From: Octopus vulgaris
Lineage: Eukaryota
Length of the DNA stretch: 64,000 nucleotides
NCBI GenBank assembly: GCA_951406725.2
Contig: OX597814.1
Span: 61,132,001-61,196,000 of the forward strand
Reading direction: 5' to 3'
The notes beneath the pieces are model-generated. The model was not told where the DNA came from. It saw only the letters and a list, made by a program, of their open reading frames with translations, and did no database searches. The position numbers and the translations under genes are program-made. How positions within the stretch are numbered: position 1 is the first letter of the stretch; each line of letters begins with the position of its first letter. Shown here in pieces: positions 12,691-25,546 of the stretch.

Positions 12691-14674
12691 TATGTATGTG
12701 TATGTGTGTGAGAGAGAGAGAGAAAAAGAGAAAGCGAGTGAATGCCACTTACACATACATGCAAAAAAATACATACAACACATGCCTTCACTTACTCTCT
12801 TTCTCTCATGCACATGCACACACACACGCCCATTTCATATACATGTACATACATCTTTCACTTTCTCCTCTCTTTTATTTTTTGCACTCACTTCAAAGCA
12901 AATATCACCTTTACACTTTCTCTCTCTTTCAATTTCTGCTTTCTTCAAAGCATAAAAAAATAATAAATCTTTACAGAAATTAGTGAACAAAAAAGCTAAA
13001 AGTGAGACACTGGGAGTTTGTAGATTTTTTGAAAACGTGATTTATGGGCAAAATCGTATCAATCCTTTTTTATACGATGAAACAATACATAGTTTGTAAT
13101 CCTTCTTAAGAATAGAAAGCACTTTCATGCAAACCTAAGGAAATTGCACCCCCATCCTTCACTTTTAAACAATAAATTCCATTATGCCAGTAATTCAATT
13201 CACTATATATCAGCTGTGCCGATTCTACCCATAAGAAAGGAACAAATAATATGTGGCTGTATGTCATAACACCCGGGCAACGCCAGGATGCACTGCTCGT
13301 TTAAATATATATCAGCATGTCTAGTTATGTAACCATATGCATGAGAATACACAAAACATAGAAATCTACACACATACATGCATACATAAATAAATACATA
13401 CATACATACATACAAAGTAACAAACAAACAAACAAACAAAAATACTCTGTTGTTGATGTTGGTCTAGATTAGAAACCCGCTCTTTCGCTATTGGCAAGAA
13501 ATCTTGAAATAAAACGGAACAATAACATACATACATACAAACGCATAGGCAAATACATAGACACGAGAAAAATGTGTGTGCGCACGCACACACACAAGCA
13601 AGACAAAAACATTTATGACATGCAGTCGACATATGTTTACACAAATACATTAATCTTCAGAAGCCCTTATACACTGCTTAAATACATACTTACATATATA
13701 TGTATATATATTTACATAAGGTCACTCTCACGTTCGTGCACAAGTCAGGTAATAAATCAAAAACATTAAAGTGCGAAAGTGATGGAAAGTTAAGGAAAGA
13801 AAAGATTGACTTGTTATTTAGTGGATTTGGCCTGTAAAATAGGCAGGAACTGACCATTGTGAAATATTTGTAATGGGGCCAACTCCATGTTCTGGCACAG
13901 TTTCTGCGTTCAACAGTTATATGCAGAGATTTTATAATCGATTAAAGATTTAATACGAATGAAGAGAGATTTCCGCTAATAGTTGGTAGCAGGTATTGTA
14001 AATATTATTCTTTGTTGCATTATTAGTTACTAAGACTCACTTCAGTGCCAGAACTTGTTGCAGTAGGAAAGAACCGTAGAGAAGGTGGCTTGGTTTTCTG
14101 CTTAAAACTTGTATTGATGGGTAAACAAAAAGCTGATCCAATGTAAGCAATTACATTGTTTCGGATGTGATGATTTATTTTATTCCTGCAGTGAAAGTTT
14201 GTTTATGAAAGGATATACTTAATACAATATAGTGACTTCCATTGTTGTCGTTGGACGAACGAATACAAATAAAGGAGTTTGCTTTATTTGTTTGTTGTCA
14301 TTAAATATATATTTTTGTTTGGTTGTTATTGCTTTGTTTTATTACAATGTTTTAATTTCTTATTTGGCCAATAGGAACGGGGTCAACCCATAAGTACAGC
14401 TTTCAATAGATCTGTTTGTATACTGTATTTAATAGTATTTACAAACAGTAGACTTATTCAATGTGTTTAGAGAAACGCTCTGTCTAGTCAATAGCTAATT
14501 GAACAACTAGATGAAGGGTCAATAAGTTCACACTTGGTGATCGGGCTGTCTATGTATGTAAGGTATCTCCTACGTCTTAAAATGGTCAATAAAGCAGCTG
14601 CGACGGAGTTTCGGATTAGGTGTACCTTCACCATCTGAAAGGCATTTGTAGACAATTTCATTTAAAAAATAAAT

Positions 14675-14902
14675 CTTTACTCTTTTACTTGTTTCAGTCA
14701 TTTGACTGTGGCCATGCTGGAGCACTGCCTTTAGTCGAGCAAATTGACCCCAGGACTTATTCTTTGTAAGCCTAGTACTTACTTATTCTATCGCTTTCTT
14801 TTGCCGAACCGTTAAGTTACGGGGACGTAAACACACCAGCATCGGTTGTCAAGCGATGTTGGGGGACAAACATACACACACACACATATATACATACATA
14901 CA

Positions 14903-14938
<36 letters not shown>

Positions 14939-15450
14939 TATACATACTCGGAAAAGGATGCGTGGCGTTCGATCATATAATAATATAAATAATATATAAA
15001 TATATATATTTGCGGGAAGGACTGTTTCAACGGAGTCGCGTCTTGTCCTTACCTTCGGAACGCGGAGTAGACGAAACAGGGACAACTGAAGAAGGGGAAT
15101 ATTCCTTGTGTTGTATGTCTTGTACTCTGTTTTTTCGTTGTTTGAAAAAAGTTCGTTTCCATGTTTTTGTTTTTGTGTTTTCATTTTTCATTGTGTTCAA
15201 CGTTTTTTGATGTCCTGTACCCATATATGCATGAATATATATACATATTGATGTGGGTATGTACATATATGTATGTATATATGCATATATTTATATATTA
15301 TCTATATTATTATATATATACGACAGGCTTCTTTCAGTTTCCACCTACCAAATCCACTCACAAGGCTTTGGTTGGCCCGGGGCTACAATAGACGACATTT
15401 GCCCAAGGTGCCACGCAGTAAGGAAGCTACTTACCACACAGCCACTCCTG
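14675..15450 (-). mobile_element. SINE family A carrying an insert at about 14950-15225
   Basis: The SINE halves at 14675-14885 and 15320-15450 flank microsatellite and a repeat homologous to 27565-27810. Confidence 0.8.
14950..15225 (+). repeat. Penelope-like terminal-repeat fragment
   Basis: Reverse-complement homolog of 27565-27810; decayed hammerhead-like layout; sits in TA-rich microsatellite. Confidence 0.4.
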
Positions 15451-15590
15451 AAAGTTTTTAGGAAACAATGTCATAGATGAAGCACAATCATGTAGGTAAG
15501 CAATGGAAAATATCTGCTTCATACAACAGAATTAACGATTCTGAAAAAAAAAAAGATTTCTTCCACGTTGTACACCCCTTTTGTAATATT

Positions 15591-16925
15591 GGATCTTTTC
15601 TGTTTGGTTGCCAGCATCAATTTCTGTTCGAATTGATTTCATATTTAGTGTCATGATACACTTTTATAGTTTAATCAATACCATAAAAATCATTTTCACC
15701 ATAAATTAATAGATAAAGAGTTATTAGCTATTAAAGTCTGAAAATTTGGGGTTGTTTTAACCAGTTATGAGTCACATATACATTCATGTCTGTTTCCATG
15801 AGAACTCTTTAGTCTGCGAGAAAGCACATGTTGACTAATATGTTTCAGTCATTGAGATGGTTGTCATATGTGCTAAGAATAGCAGCCAAATAGGCCTTAA
15901 ATCACGCACCAGATGAGGATGCTCTTTTGTACTTGCAAGAAATGGGTGTTATACCCAAAAGAAGATTATCCAAAATGAAGAAGCATTTTATGAGAACTAG
16001 AAAACATGGTGCGAATATGTATTGGTGATCTTCCTCACGCCATGGAGTTTGTGTCATTGAGGAAAGACATGGTTTGAAGGTGGCACCCTTTCTCTTAGGA
16101 CTGTGGTGTTTTTTCTTCACTCATGGGCTAAGGAATTGACTTCAGTCCGATTTTGTGTTGAAAAACTGGGGATAAGCCATTGCACTGCTGTTGATTATAA
16201 CAGCTATGTTAAGGAAATATGTTCTGAGAACTTACTCCATTATCCAATTAAGGTTGGTGGTCCTGGGAAGATTGTTGGGATGTTTGTTTTTTAAAAATAT
16301 TTAATTTGTAATGTGTTGTTTTGTTTTTGGATAAATCTTTTAAGTTTGTACTATAATTTTCTTATTTGGAGAAATATTAAATTTGTAATGTGCTGTTTAT
16401 TGCATTAAATGCATATTGAATACTTAAAACTACAAAATACATGCTGTTTACTCGTTTTTTTTTTTATTTGGCATTGAGGTGGGTGTGAAGTGTGCTAAAA
16501 ATAACAGTTAAATAACAGTTAAACAGGCCTTAAATCATACACCACCACACTTTTTTTTAGCATAATCGTATGAAGTCTCACATGTAGAAAACAAATTTGC
16601 AAAAATTTTCTAAAAATTCCAAAAAATAAAAAAGTTTTGAGGGTTATATGTCGTGCATAGTTCATTTGTTTATGGTTTCATATAAAAGCACAAATGCTTT
16701 TCTCAGGATGTTGACAAAATGTCCAGTCACACACAAAATGATAGCTTCCAAATCCCATTTCCTGTCTGGGTGAAAATGATCAAACTTTAAAACCTTTTAA
16801 AGACATTTTTGTGGAAAAAGTGAATAAACCCCAGTGGTTCAGATTAGAAAACTACATTAATGTACCAAATTAAAAAATTTTCGATAAACATTTTTGAAAT
16901 GCTGGCAACCAAACAGAAAAGATCC
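15591..16925 (+). mobile_element. Internally deleted Merlin (IS1016/IS1595-like) DNA transposon
   Basis: 27-bp TIR ggatcttttctgtttggttgccagcat; 8-bp TSD gtaatatt/gtaatctt; ORF 16103-16294 ends PIKVGGPGKIV, the motif that precedes EIDES in Merlin transposases. Confidence 0.85.
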
Positions 16926-17230
16926 GTAATCTTTTCTTTTCCTATGTATGCTGTGCCCCTTAACAACATTATAGGCCCTTGAGTACATCGATGTTCTTGG
17001 CCCTATAATATTTATTTATTGACAGCAAGCTACAATAAACTTTACATTGATTAGAATCGAGTCCCTAGATTCATGAACCCTAGGCATCTGTCCAGTGTCC
17101 ATGCCTTAATTCAGCAATAAATGTGTGGATTTCTTTATCTGAAATTCTGCTATTAAACCCACCAACAATATTTAGTTTCATACGTTTGTGTGTGTGTGTG
17201 TGTGCATGCGTGTGTGCATGCATATGCGCA

Positions 17231-17716
17231 AACTTTAGATTTGTTAAAATATGTTTGTGATATATTTCGACTTCACTGCAGTTACCATAGAGAAAAAAAT
17301 TCTCTTTTCTGGTAAAAGATTTAAAAACACCATATCTGCCCAGTGTTGCCCCCCTGTCAGATTCCCAGATGCAACATTTTTACCTTATGCCTAAATACTG
17401 CTTGGCACTGATACTGCTGAATTTCTCCCAACATGGCTATCTAATAGTGCAACTCAGTCAATGCTATTGATTGTGTTTTAGTTGAAGCCACAACTTTTAA
17501 ATCTGCCCAGAATTACCTCTTTTCGATATTTCCCATTAATAACTGTTGAAAAGCTAGAAATGCTACATTTGGGAATCCAACAGGGAGTAACACTGGGCAG
17601 ATATGGTATTTTCGCACCTTTTACTGTAAGGGAGAATTTATCTCTATGGTAACTGGAATGAATTTGTCTTTAAAAGTTGAATTATGCTACAAACATATTT
17701 TAACTAACCTAAAATT
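17231..17716. repeat. Degenerate fold-back inverted repeat (arms about 150 bp)
   Basis: cagttaccatagaga/tctctatggtaactg and ccatatctgcccagtgtt/aacactgggcagatatgg pair up. Confidence 0.75.
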
Positions 17717-18103
17717 CACTTATACCTAAACACTGCTTGGTGCTGATAGTGCTGAATATATATATAGGAAAAAGGATATATGTATTTGTATTGGGACCCC
17801 TTCACATCGAAGACCGGTGATTGTCGTGCGCTGACGATGGGTAAATACCCAGAAACCTGGGTCCATGTGTATCGCGTCAGGTCGATGATGGGAAGGATGG
17901 CTTCCCTTTGCAAATACTGATAGGGCACAGAAAGTGTGCCAATAGCCAGCTGGAGAAGATGTTCTCTTGGGGCTACAATCCACAGTAGCATCCACCCTTA
18001 GTGGTTAGCCACATTTAAGTGGCAAATATACTTCACATTGTCGTGCAGCTACTGTTTATACCTCGTTCAGAGATTTATTATATATATATATATATTTATA
18101 CAC

Positions 18104-18143
<40 letters not shown>

Positions 18144-18821
18144 TATTCAGTCAAAAGAAGAGGATGGACAATATTCAAGAGCTTCACAGATCTTTCTAGG
18201 CTGTTAAGACAGATGCAGTTAATGTTAATCATTAGACATGTTGGTGACTCTGATAAAACTTAGCCAGATAATGAGTTTCAGCTGTTTACTGCCCTGGAAA
18301 GGATTGGTTAGACAAAGAAGTTAGCACAATGTTTTGGATGTAGTGACACAGTTGAGATGTTGAATGAACTGAGGCAATGTAAATTCAGGATTAGGCTTTA
18401 GTGGAAATAGATTGTTTAATAGAGCAGAAGAAGAAAAAGCATGTATGTGAGCTAATGGTTGATGTTTTTAGTTCCAACCTTCTCACTAGAACTGGTTGAA
18501 CAGATATACAATTAAAAACATACCAACTGAGAACAGCCATACTTTTTCAAACAACATATCGACAGTAAAGAGTCATTTCCAATACAATAGGGAACAACTT
18601 GAGAGAAATTTGGCAACTACTTCTAGCATGCTGAGTGAGTGTGTATACATTCTCTTGCTGGAAAGTTGATATTTACTTATTCATTCATAGATATCTGTAT
18701 GTGGAGCAGCAGCATCACCTGCTTTTGCTTAAGTGGCAGTTGTGTTTTCTAAAACATGAACGACTAATCAGGGTAGAAATATCTTTCTTCTCTGAAGAAG
18801 CTAGTCTTTAGGATGCAGTTT

Positions 18822-19178
18822 CTTTCATCTTTTACTTGTTTCAGTCATTAGACTGTGGCCATACTGGGACACTACCTTGAAGAATTTTCAGTCAAAAGAA
18901 TTAACCCCAATACTTATTTTTCTTGTAAGCCTCGTGCTTATTCTATCAAACTCTTTTTGCTGAACTGCTAAGTTAGGGGGACATAAGCACACCAACACCA
19001 GTTGTCAAGAGGTGGGTGACAAACACATAAACACACACACATACACATGCTGAGCTTCTTTCAGTTTCTGTGTGCCAAATCCACTTACAAGGCTTTGTAG
19101 AAGGCTATAGTAGAAGGCACTTGCCCAAGGTGCTACACAGTGGGACTGAACACAGAACCATGTGGTTTGAAAGCAAGC
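18822..19178 (-). mobile_element. SINE family A
   Basis: Colinear with 310-776. Confidence 0.8.
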
Positions 19179-19221
19179 ACCTATTTTGCTGCTGTTGCTG
19201 TTTATTGTAATATATTCTAAC

Positions 19222-19980
19222 CCAGTGTTTCTCAAGGTGGGGTGCATACCTGCATCCCACCCTGTGGACCATAGTAATATTTTGGGGTGACATGGAAATT
19301 CAGAAAGGGGTGTAAGAAGCCAGTGAATTAGCTTGCAGTAAAGTTTTAATTAAAACTTCTTTTTGTTTGTATGTGTGTGTGTGTATGTATGTTTGGTGAG
19401 CTATCTGTTGGGAAAGTAACAATAGTGCAAACCAAATGAAAAAAAAAGACGGAAGAAAAAAAGGCAGAATTCTGTTTTAAGCTATGAGGGGTTATATGGC
19501 ATACTTAAAGCAGATTTCCACTAGAAAAAGAGTGTTATAAAGATTTGCTAAAACCAATCAAAGGGATGATAATATACATACAAAGATGTTGAATCTATTG
19601 CTGTTGTCAGAAATAAATGGCAAAAAAGGATTCGGTCTTACAGCAAAAGAGTTTGAAGAAAACAAAAAGTATGCAAAAATGAAAAGAGCAGTGCAGAAAA
19701 ATAACATCTTTCTAAACATAGAAATAGAGTTATCATTCACTTGCTTAATGTGTGATAAGACATTGAGCAACTGGCTTAACTTCACTTCTCAGGATTCACT
19801 TCCATACAGTTGACCGAAATGACATAATGACAGTTCCAACAAACATGCTCATATGCCATATTTGTAGTAGTAAGACATACATCTTGCATTGGTCTAAAAA
19901 GACATTTAAATATCCAGAAATCAGATAAGACAAACAACACTGTGCTACTTCAGCTGAGAGATATTTATATTGTTAGTTCT
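19222..19980 (+). mobile_element. Charlie-type hAT remnant
   Basis: Starts cagtgtttctcaa (Charlie-like TIR); CLMCDKTLSN resembles the ZBED5/SCAND3 zinc-finger motif. Confidence 0.4.
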
Positions 19981-20194
19981 ACGCCCTGCTTATATTTAAA
20001 AAAATAATACACCCACTATGAACAGGCTAAGTTAATACATATGGAGAAGTAGTCTCCTCCTATTCAAAGCTTAACCATTTTTTGTTGGATGTGTTTTTCT
20101 CTGTGCACGAGAACCTATGTGGTTTTGGAGTCCTGAGAGCTGTTTGAAATTTGCATGGAACAAATAGTATAAACATGTCTCAGCTGAAGCCAGC

Positions 20195-21204
20195 ATGCTT
20201 TGCTGGATGTGCAATGTCAGTGTGCATGTTCAACAGAGTGTAAGCATCTTGAGAGAAAAGTTAGACATAAGAGACATCAGATGTGGTGTGCAAGAGAGAT
20301 GACTGCACTGATATGGTCATGGACGAGGACAGCTGTGTAAAGAAGTGCCGATCTCTAACTGTGGAGGGAACCTGTAGTAGAGATAGACTCAGGAAGACAT
20401 GGGACAAAGTGGTGAAGCATGATCTTCAAGCTTTGAGCCTCACAGAGGCAATGACCAGTGATCAAGACTTTTGGTGATATGCTATGCTTGAGAAGGCCCG
20501 CCAAGCCAAGTGAAATCACAGTCATGGCTGACATTGGTGTCATGTAACTGGCACCCATGCTGGAGGCACATAAAGAGCATGGTTGGAGCATTGGGCCTCA
20601 TGGAGGCAAAGTAGCTGAGTTCCTTTGAAGCGTTTGGCCTCATGGAGGCAAAAATGGCTTAGTTCCTTTTGAGTGTTGGGCCTCACACAGACAAAAGTGG
20701 CCAAGTTCCTTTTGAGCAATGGGCCTCATGGAGGCAAAGTGACTGAGTTCCTTTCAAGCAATGGGCCTCATGGAGGCAAAGTGACTGAGTTCCTTTCAAG
20801 CAATGGGCCTCATGGAGGTAAAGTGGCAAAGTTCCTTTCAAGCATTGGACCTCGTGGAGGCAAAGTGGCCAAATTCCTTTCAAGTGTTGGGCCCCATGAA
20901 GGCAAAGTGGTTGAGTTCCTTTGAGTGTTGGGCCTTACAGAGGCAGTGACCGAGACCTTTTGAACTATGTTGTGTTTGAGAAGAAGACCCATCAAACTGA
21001 GCAAAATCACAGTCGTGACAGATGTGCTGGTGGCATTTAAAGCACCTGTAACGCTCTCAAAGTGGTTGGCATTAGGGAGGGCATCCAGCCGTAGAAAACC
21101 ATGCCAAACCAGACTGGAGTCTGGTGCAGCCTTCCAGCATGCCAGCCCTGGTCAGACCAACCTATGCCAGCATGGATGGATGCTAAATGATGATGATGAT
21201 GATG
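20195..21204 (+). mobile_element. RTE LINE 3' fragment with internal 42-bp minisatellite
   Basis: RDRLRKTWDKVVKHDL...LTEAMTSDQDFW, RTE 3' UTR and (GAT)n tail. Confidence 0.85.
20588..20945 (+). repeat. 42-bp tandem repeat, about 8 copies
   Basis: Unit atgggcctcatggaggcaaagtgactgagttcctttcaagca; 14-aa periodicity in ORF 20673-20924. Confidence 0.9.
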
Positions 21205-21299
21205 CAAATTTCAAATAGTTCTTAGGACCCAAAAACCATGTAGCTTGGGAAAAACATCCAACAAGAAGTGGTCAAGGAGGAGACTACCTCTCTATATGT

Positions 21300-21680
21300 A
21301 ATAACTTAGCCTGTTCATAGTGGGTGTATTATTTTTTTAAATATAAGCAGGGCATGGAAAAATATCTAACCACAAACCTATCAGTTTGTGGTGAGATATT
21401 GCACAGATTGTTGCTTTATGGAGATTTTAATAATATATTCATACATTTCATAACCAGTGTGTATCAGGTTCTTATTGTGTATGATGTGTGGTTTGTGTAT
21501 TTTTAATGGGTGTTGCATCTATTGTTTTGGTGTGAGTGTGGGCAAATTTGTTCTTATATTGTTCTTTGGCTTGATTTACTAATTTATTAGAGTAACCATT
21601 ATTAACTATTGCTTGCTTTATGCAAAGAATTTCTTTAAAACTCATAAAATAGAATGCACAACTATACAACTTATCTCACA
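21300..21680 (-). pseudogene. Possible Penelope-like RT C-terminal remnant
   Basis: FKEILCIKQAIVNNGYSNKLV resembles the PLE thumb NGY motif. Confidence 0.4.
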
Positions 21681-21902
21681 CATAACCACAAACTCACAGA
21701 ACACATACACACACACACACACTCACAATAGTACCATGGTGAAAAAAGTCTCCTTGTCAACACAAAATCACAAACTAGTAAACCACAGGACATACTTCAG
21801 GCAACCAATGGTAACATAAAAATTTCAATGCAGGCATGGAAGTTGTAATAACCACTATTTCTTGACTTTCTCCTTAAAGGATCAACCAACAAAACCAGTA
21901 TA

Positions 21903-22560
21903 TCTATTATATAAAATCCCTTCTGTCTGTCTGTCTGTGTGTCTTCTAGGATCTTGGGCATCCTCCATCTGATTGTGCTCAAATTTGATACCAACGGTAT
22001 CAGGGCATGTATAAGTCTTCAAAAAATTACAAAAATCGATTCCAGGTGAGAATACGATCGATAAAGCCGTGGGAACGTGCATTTGTACGCACAAGTACAT
22101 CAGCTGTTGTGATCGATACTATGCGTACGTGAGAAAATGCACATGCAGTTTGGGCAAAAAATGCTGGCTGGCTCGAAATAATGCCACAAAATGCAGTATA
22201 TTTAAGAGACCAAAACAGTAAGAGCTGCTGAAATGGCTGAACAACACACAAGGCTTGCAACTGATGCTCAATGAAAAATATGTCAGCATGTCTTTGGCCA
22301 AGTCTATCTTTATTTCTTCTTTTGCTGGTGTCTCAAATTTAGGTTAAATCAGTGTTTCTCAAAGGGGAAGCCTCTGGGATGGTCAGACAAGTTGTTTTGA
22401 GAAAATTTGGTTTAAATGTTTGACAACTCAGCACCGTCCATTGGACGGGGGGTGTTTTGCTCGTCATAACATAAAGAAGAAATATGGAAATCCTCTGTGC
22501 AGTCACTCCACCTTTGGGTAAATATACTACTAAACTCATTGTACCCGAAGAAAAGATGTG
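21903..22560 (+). mobile_element. Helitron remnant (5' end)
   Basis: Starts A|TCTATTATATAAAA then (CTGT)n; RAAEMAEQHTRL resembles Helitron N-terminal E..EQ..RL repeats; no clear 3' CTAG hairpin. Confidence 0.5.
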
Positions 22561-22800
22561 ATAGCCATAACTAGAACACCGTTAATCATAGAACTCTTTG
22601 ATTAATACAAGTTGGTGGCTAAACACTGCCATATTCACAACACCCACAACCAACATCACTAACTGTAACTTTCAGAGAGAGCACTTTGGTGTAGTTATTT
22701 TCTGTTACATTGATTTATTACAAATATATTCTAAATTCAATAATTGTAGTCTTTTTTTGATTTCTATAAGAGTATTTGATAACAATGCAGCTTACTATAC

Positions 22801-23608
22801 TGTAATTAAATTGAAATGGTATTGTAAAATGTGATCTCAGTATTTAAACTGAAATCAGCCTTAGTGGTCTCAGTATTTATCTGTGATGACTCTGTCCCAC
22901 TTCTTCTTTGCTCAGCAGCTGTTTAAGAAAAATACCTAATGCTTAATGTTATTAGTCTCAGAGGTCTGTGAAAACCCAGATCACAGTAACTTTCCTCCAG
23001 TCCAAGCAGTTTAAAACTAATAGCCTTAGCTATAAGGTATTACCATAGTAATACCTTTCAGCTAAGTTCTAAGGCATTAGTATAATCTTATAAGACTCTA
23101 TATAGTATGGTAGGGATTCAAACCCTAACTGCTAGATGCTAGCTTAGGCACCACAAGTGAGACACCACATGTGAGCCACTACAGTTTCACGTGATTGATC
23201 TATGACCAATCAGTATGAAGTTGTAATATGGTTTTCTCAAAAGCTTGATGTGGTTTTCTCAAAAGCTTGATATGGTTTTCTTAAAAGTTCTAGAATTTAT
23301 CCTGACTCCTATAAAAACCAGTTGGTGCTTAACTCAGTGACTAGATGACCAACAGACTGCTGATGCCAGAGACCACCTCAGACTATTGCATAGACAACCC
23401 CAGACACTCATACGTGCTATGTGATGTCCCACAGATCGCTTTCCACATTCAAGGAACAGTTTTTCTCTCTTCAAAGTCAGCAGTTAATAATATTGTTCAT
23501 TGTAAATAGCCAGAATTAAATATATTATGCCTGGCAATAAACATTACAGTTAAATATCCTTGAGTTTGCTCCAGCTTTTATTCATGCAGCAAGCCACAAT
23601 ATTCTACA
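22801..23608 (+). mobile_element. Putative solo LTR
   Basis: TGTA...TACA ends; flanks tatac/catac; tggttttctcaaaagcttga-like repeat x3; TATAAAA near 23310; AATAAA near 23536. Confidence 0.5.
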
Positions 23609-23827
23609 CATACACTACAACAATGCTGAGATAATATTCATACAACAATGATAATAAAGCCATCCACTTTGACAATGGTAACTTAGACATTTGAAGTATA
23701 TCACCACTGACCAGCTCAACTCAAGCAACAGGCAAACCACATGACAATAGCTTTAAATGTTGTAAGATACTTTAATTGTTGTCAGGCTCTATTATAATAT
23801 AATAGAGTCCTACTACATAAAGAAAGC

Positions 23828-23845
23828 AGTTGCTGCTGCTGCTGC

Positions 23846-23928
<83 letters not shown>

Positions 23929-23939
23929 TTGTTGTTGTT
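23828..23939. repeat. Compound (GCT)n/(GTT)n microsatellite
   Basis: Seen directly. Confidence 0.95.
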
Positions 23940-24189
23940 TGGCCCCAGATCAGACCTAAGTGTAAAAGTGTTCTAACTATGGCTCTTCTGTTTTTCTCTT
24001 TCAGACTCATTCTTCCTTGTTAATATGGATAGATATGATATGTTGGAAATTTGGCTGCTATCTCTTACAGGTCAATTGACCACATTGAAATTCACACATT
24101 GGTAATCTAGCAACAAATCTTTAGGCAGTAATTATGTTGTAAGGTGCTGTTATAGTTGCAAAACATTGTTACAGTTGAAGGCATTAATA

Positions 24190-24414
24190 CAGGGTGGCCC
24201 AAAAGTAGTTTTACAGTTATCATTTTGGCACTTTAAATTTCTTTTAAAACATTTTATTACATTTAAATTTCTATCTTATTCTATCTTACAATTAACTAAA
24301 TTAGCATAGAATATTAGTTTCATATTTTTTTTTTATAATTAAGATCTGAGTTGTTAATATATGAATGTGAAAGAGATTGTTGAATAACTGTAAACCTACT
24401 TTTGGGCCACCCTG
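24190..24414. mobile_element. Tc1/mariner-type MITE
   Basis: TIR of about 31 bp cagggtggcccaaaagtagttttacagttat; TA on the left flank. Confidence 0.85.
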
Positions 24415-25476
24415 TTTAACTATAAGGCAGTATTATACATAGTTGTATAACACTGTCATAATGTTGGCAAACACAACTATAACCTATGATATATGTTGGA
24501 ATTGACTTCTATTGTCGTAAGGTGCATGAATAATGATGTAAGATAAAATATGTATGTTTATAAGGCTCTACTATTGCTGTAAGACAGCAATATAATAATT
24601 CACAATTATAGCCTGAAGAAACCACTATAATTTTGCAAGTGACAACTATATTCATAAGGAAGTGCTATGGGTGTAAGATTCTATTATAATGTGTCTGAGA
24701 ACAAAATGCCAAGGTTAAAGCCCATAAATGTTTGTGTTGGTGAACCAACATCATTAGCATTCATCCCTTTATCCCTTCTTCCAGCAAAGTAACACTAACT
24801 AGAGCAACGTGAATTCTCTGAAGAACACCTACGTGAATAATCTTTCTTAATTCCACTGTCTTCTGACGTCTTTTGTGCACGCATCACCGATTGGTCAATT
24901 TTAACCAATCAGTCACTTTACAGCAACATTAGACTTGGATAGTTGCCAGACAAAATATGAAGGAGACAATGGAAAGCAAACTGTCAGCTAGTAGAATAAA
25001 AACATTTATCAAATGAAACATCTTTCAAATATTGTTGACCTGCGTGATCTTGAAACACAATTATAATAATATCATAGGAAATATTTAAATATAATAAATA
25101 TAGTAGGCTGAGGGGAGAATTTCAGTTTATTTTATTCACTTTTGATGTTTTATTCATAGCTTTAACCCATTCAAGTTCAAAGCATTTAACATACTATCTA
25201 CAAGACAAGAAAATCACTCATAAATAACTAGGTTTAAATTTATAATTATCTGATATACCATTGTATCTCTGCTGAATTTCATTGTTAAGAGTTGTTGATA
25301 GCAGGAACTACTATTGAAATTCACGTTATTGTTGTTGTTTAACCATAGGTCAGTCCTTATCAAGCAAAGGTAGGACAAGAAAAGCTACGATTATCCAAGC
25401 TTTTATTTATTTATTTGTTTGCAGAAATATATCTAATATGTCTATGAATTTGTTTTGCAAGATTCATGATGTGAAA

Positions 25477-25546
25477 CCATGTGTTTCCTCCTGTTCTGTT
25501 TGGTCCATTATCTTTTGGACTAAACAGAACCAGAAGAAACACATGG
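25477..25546. ncRNA. Candidate pre-miRNA-like hairpin
   Basis: 31-bp stem (27 Watson-Crick, 1 GU, 3 mismatches) with 8-nt loop; I recognise no known family. Confidence 0.35.

Noticed and set aside
14405-14460. Short hairpin ctgtttgta...tacaaacag
   Set aside because: Stem too short and AT-rich to call a pre-miRNA.
20588-20945. CRISPR-like or repeat-protein appearance
   Set aside because: Contiguous tandem units without unique spacers, inside an RTE; no cas genes; eukaryotic context.
23813-24010. Poly-Ala/Thr protein
   Set aside because: Trinucleotide microsatellite at the edge of a repeat; no exon context.
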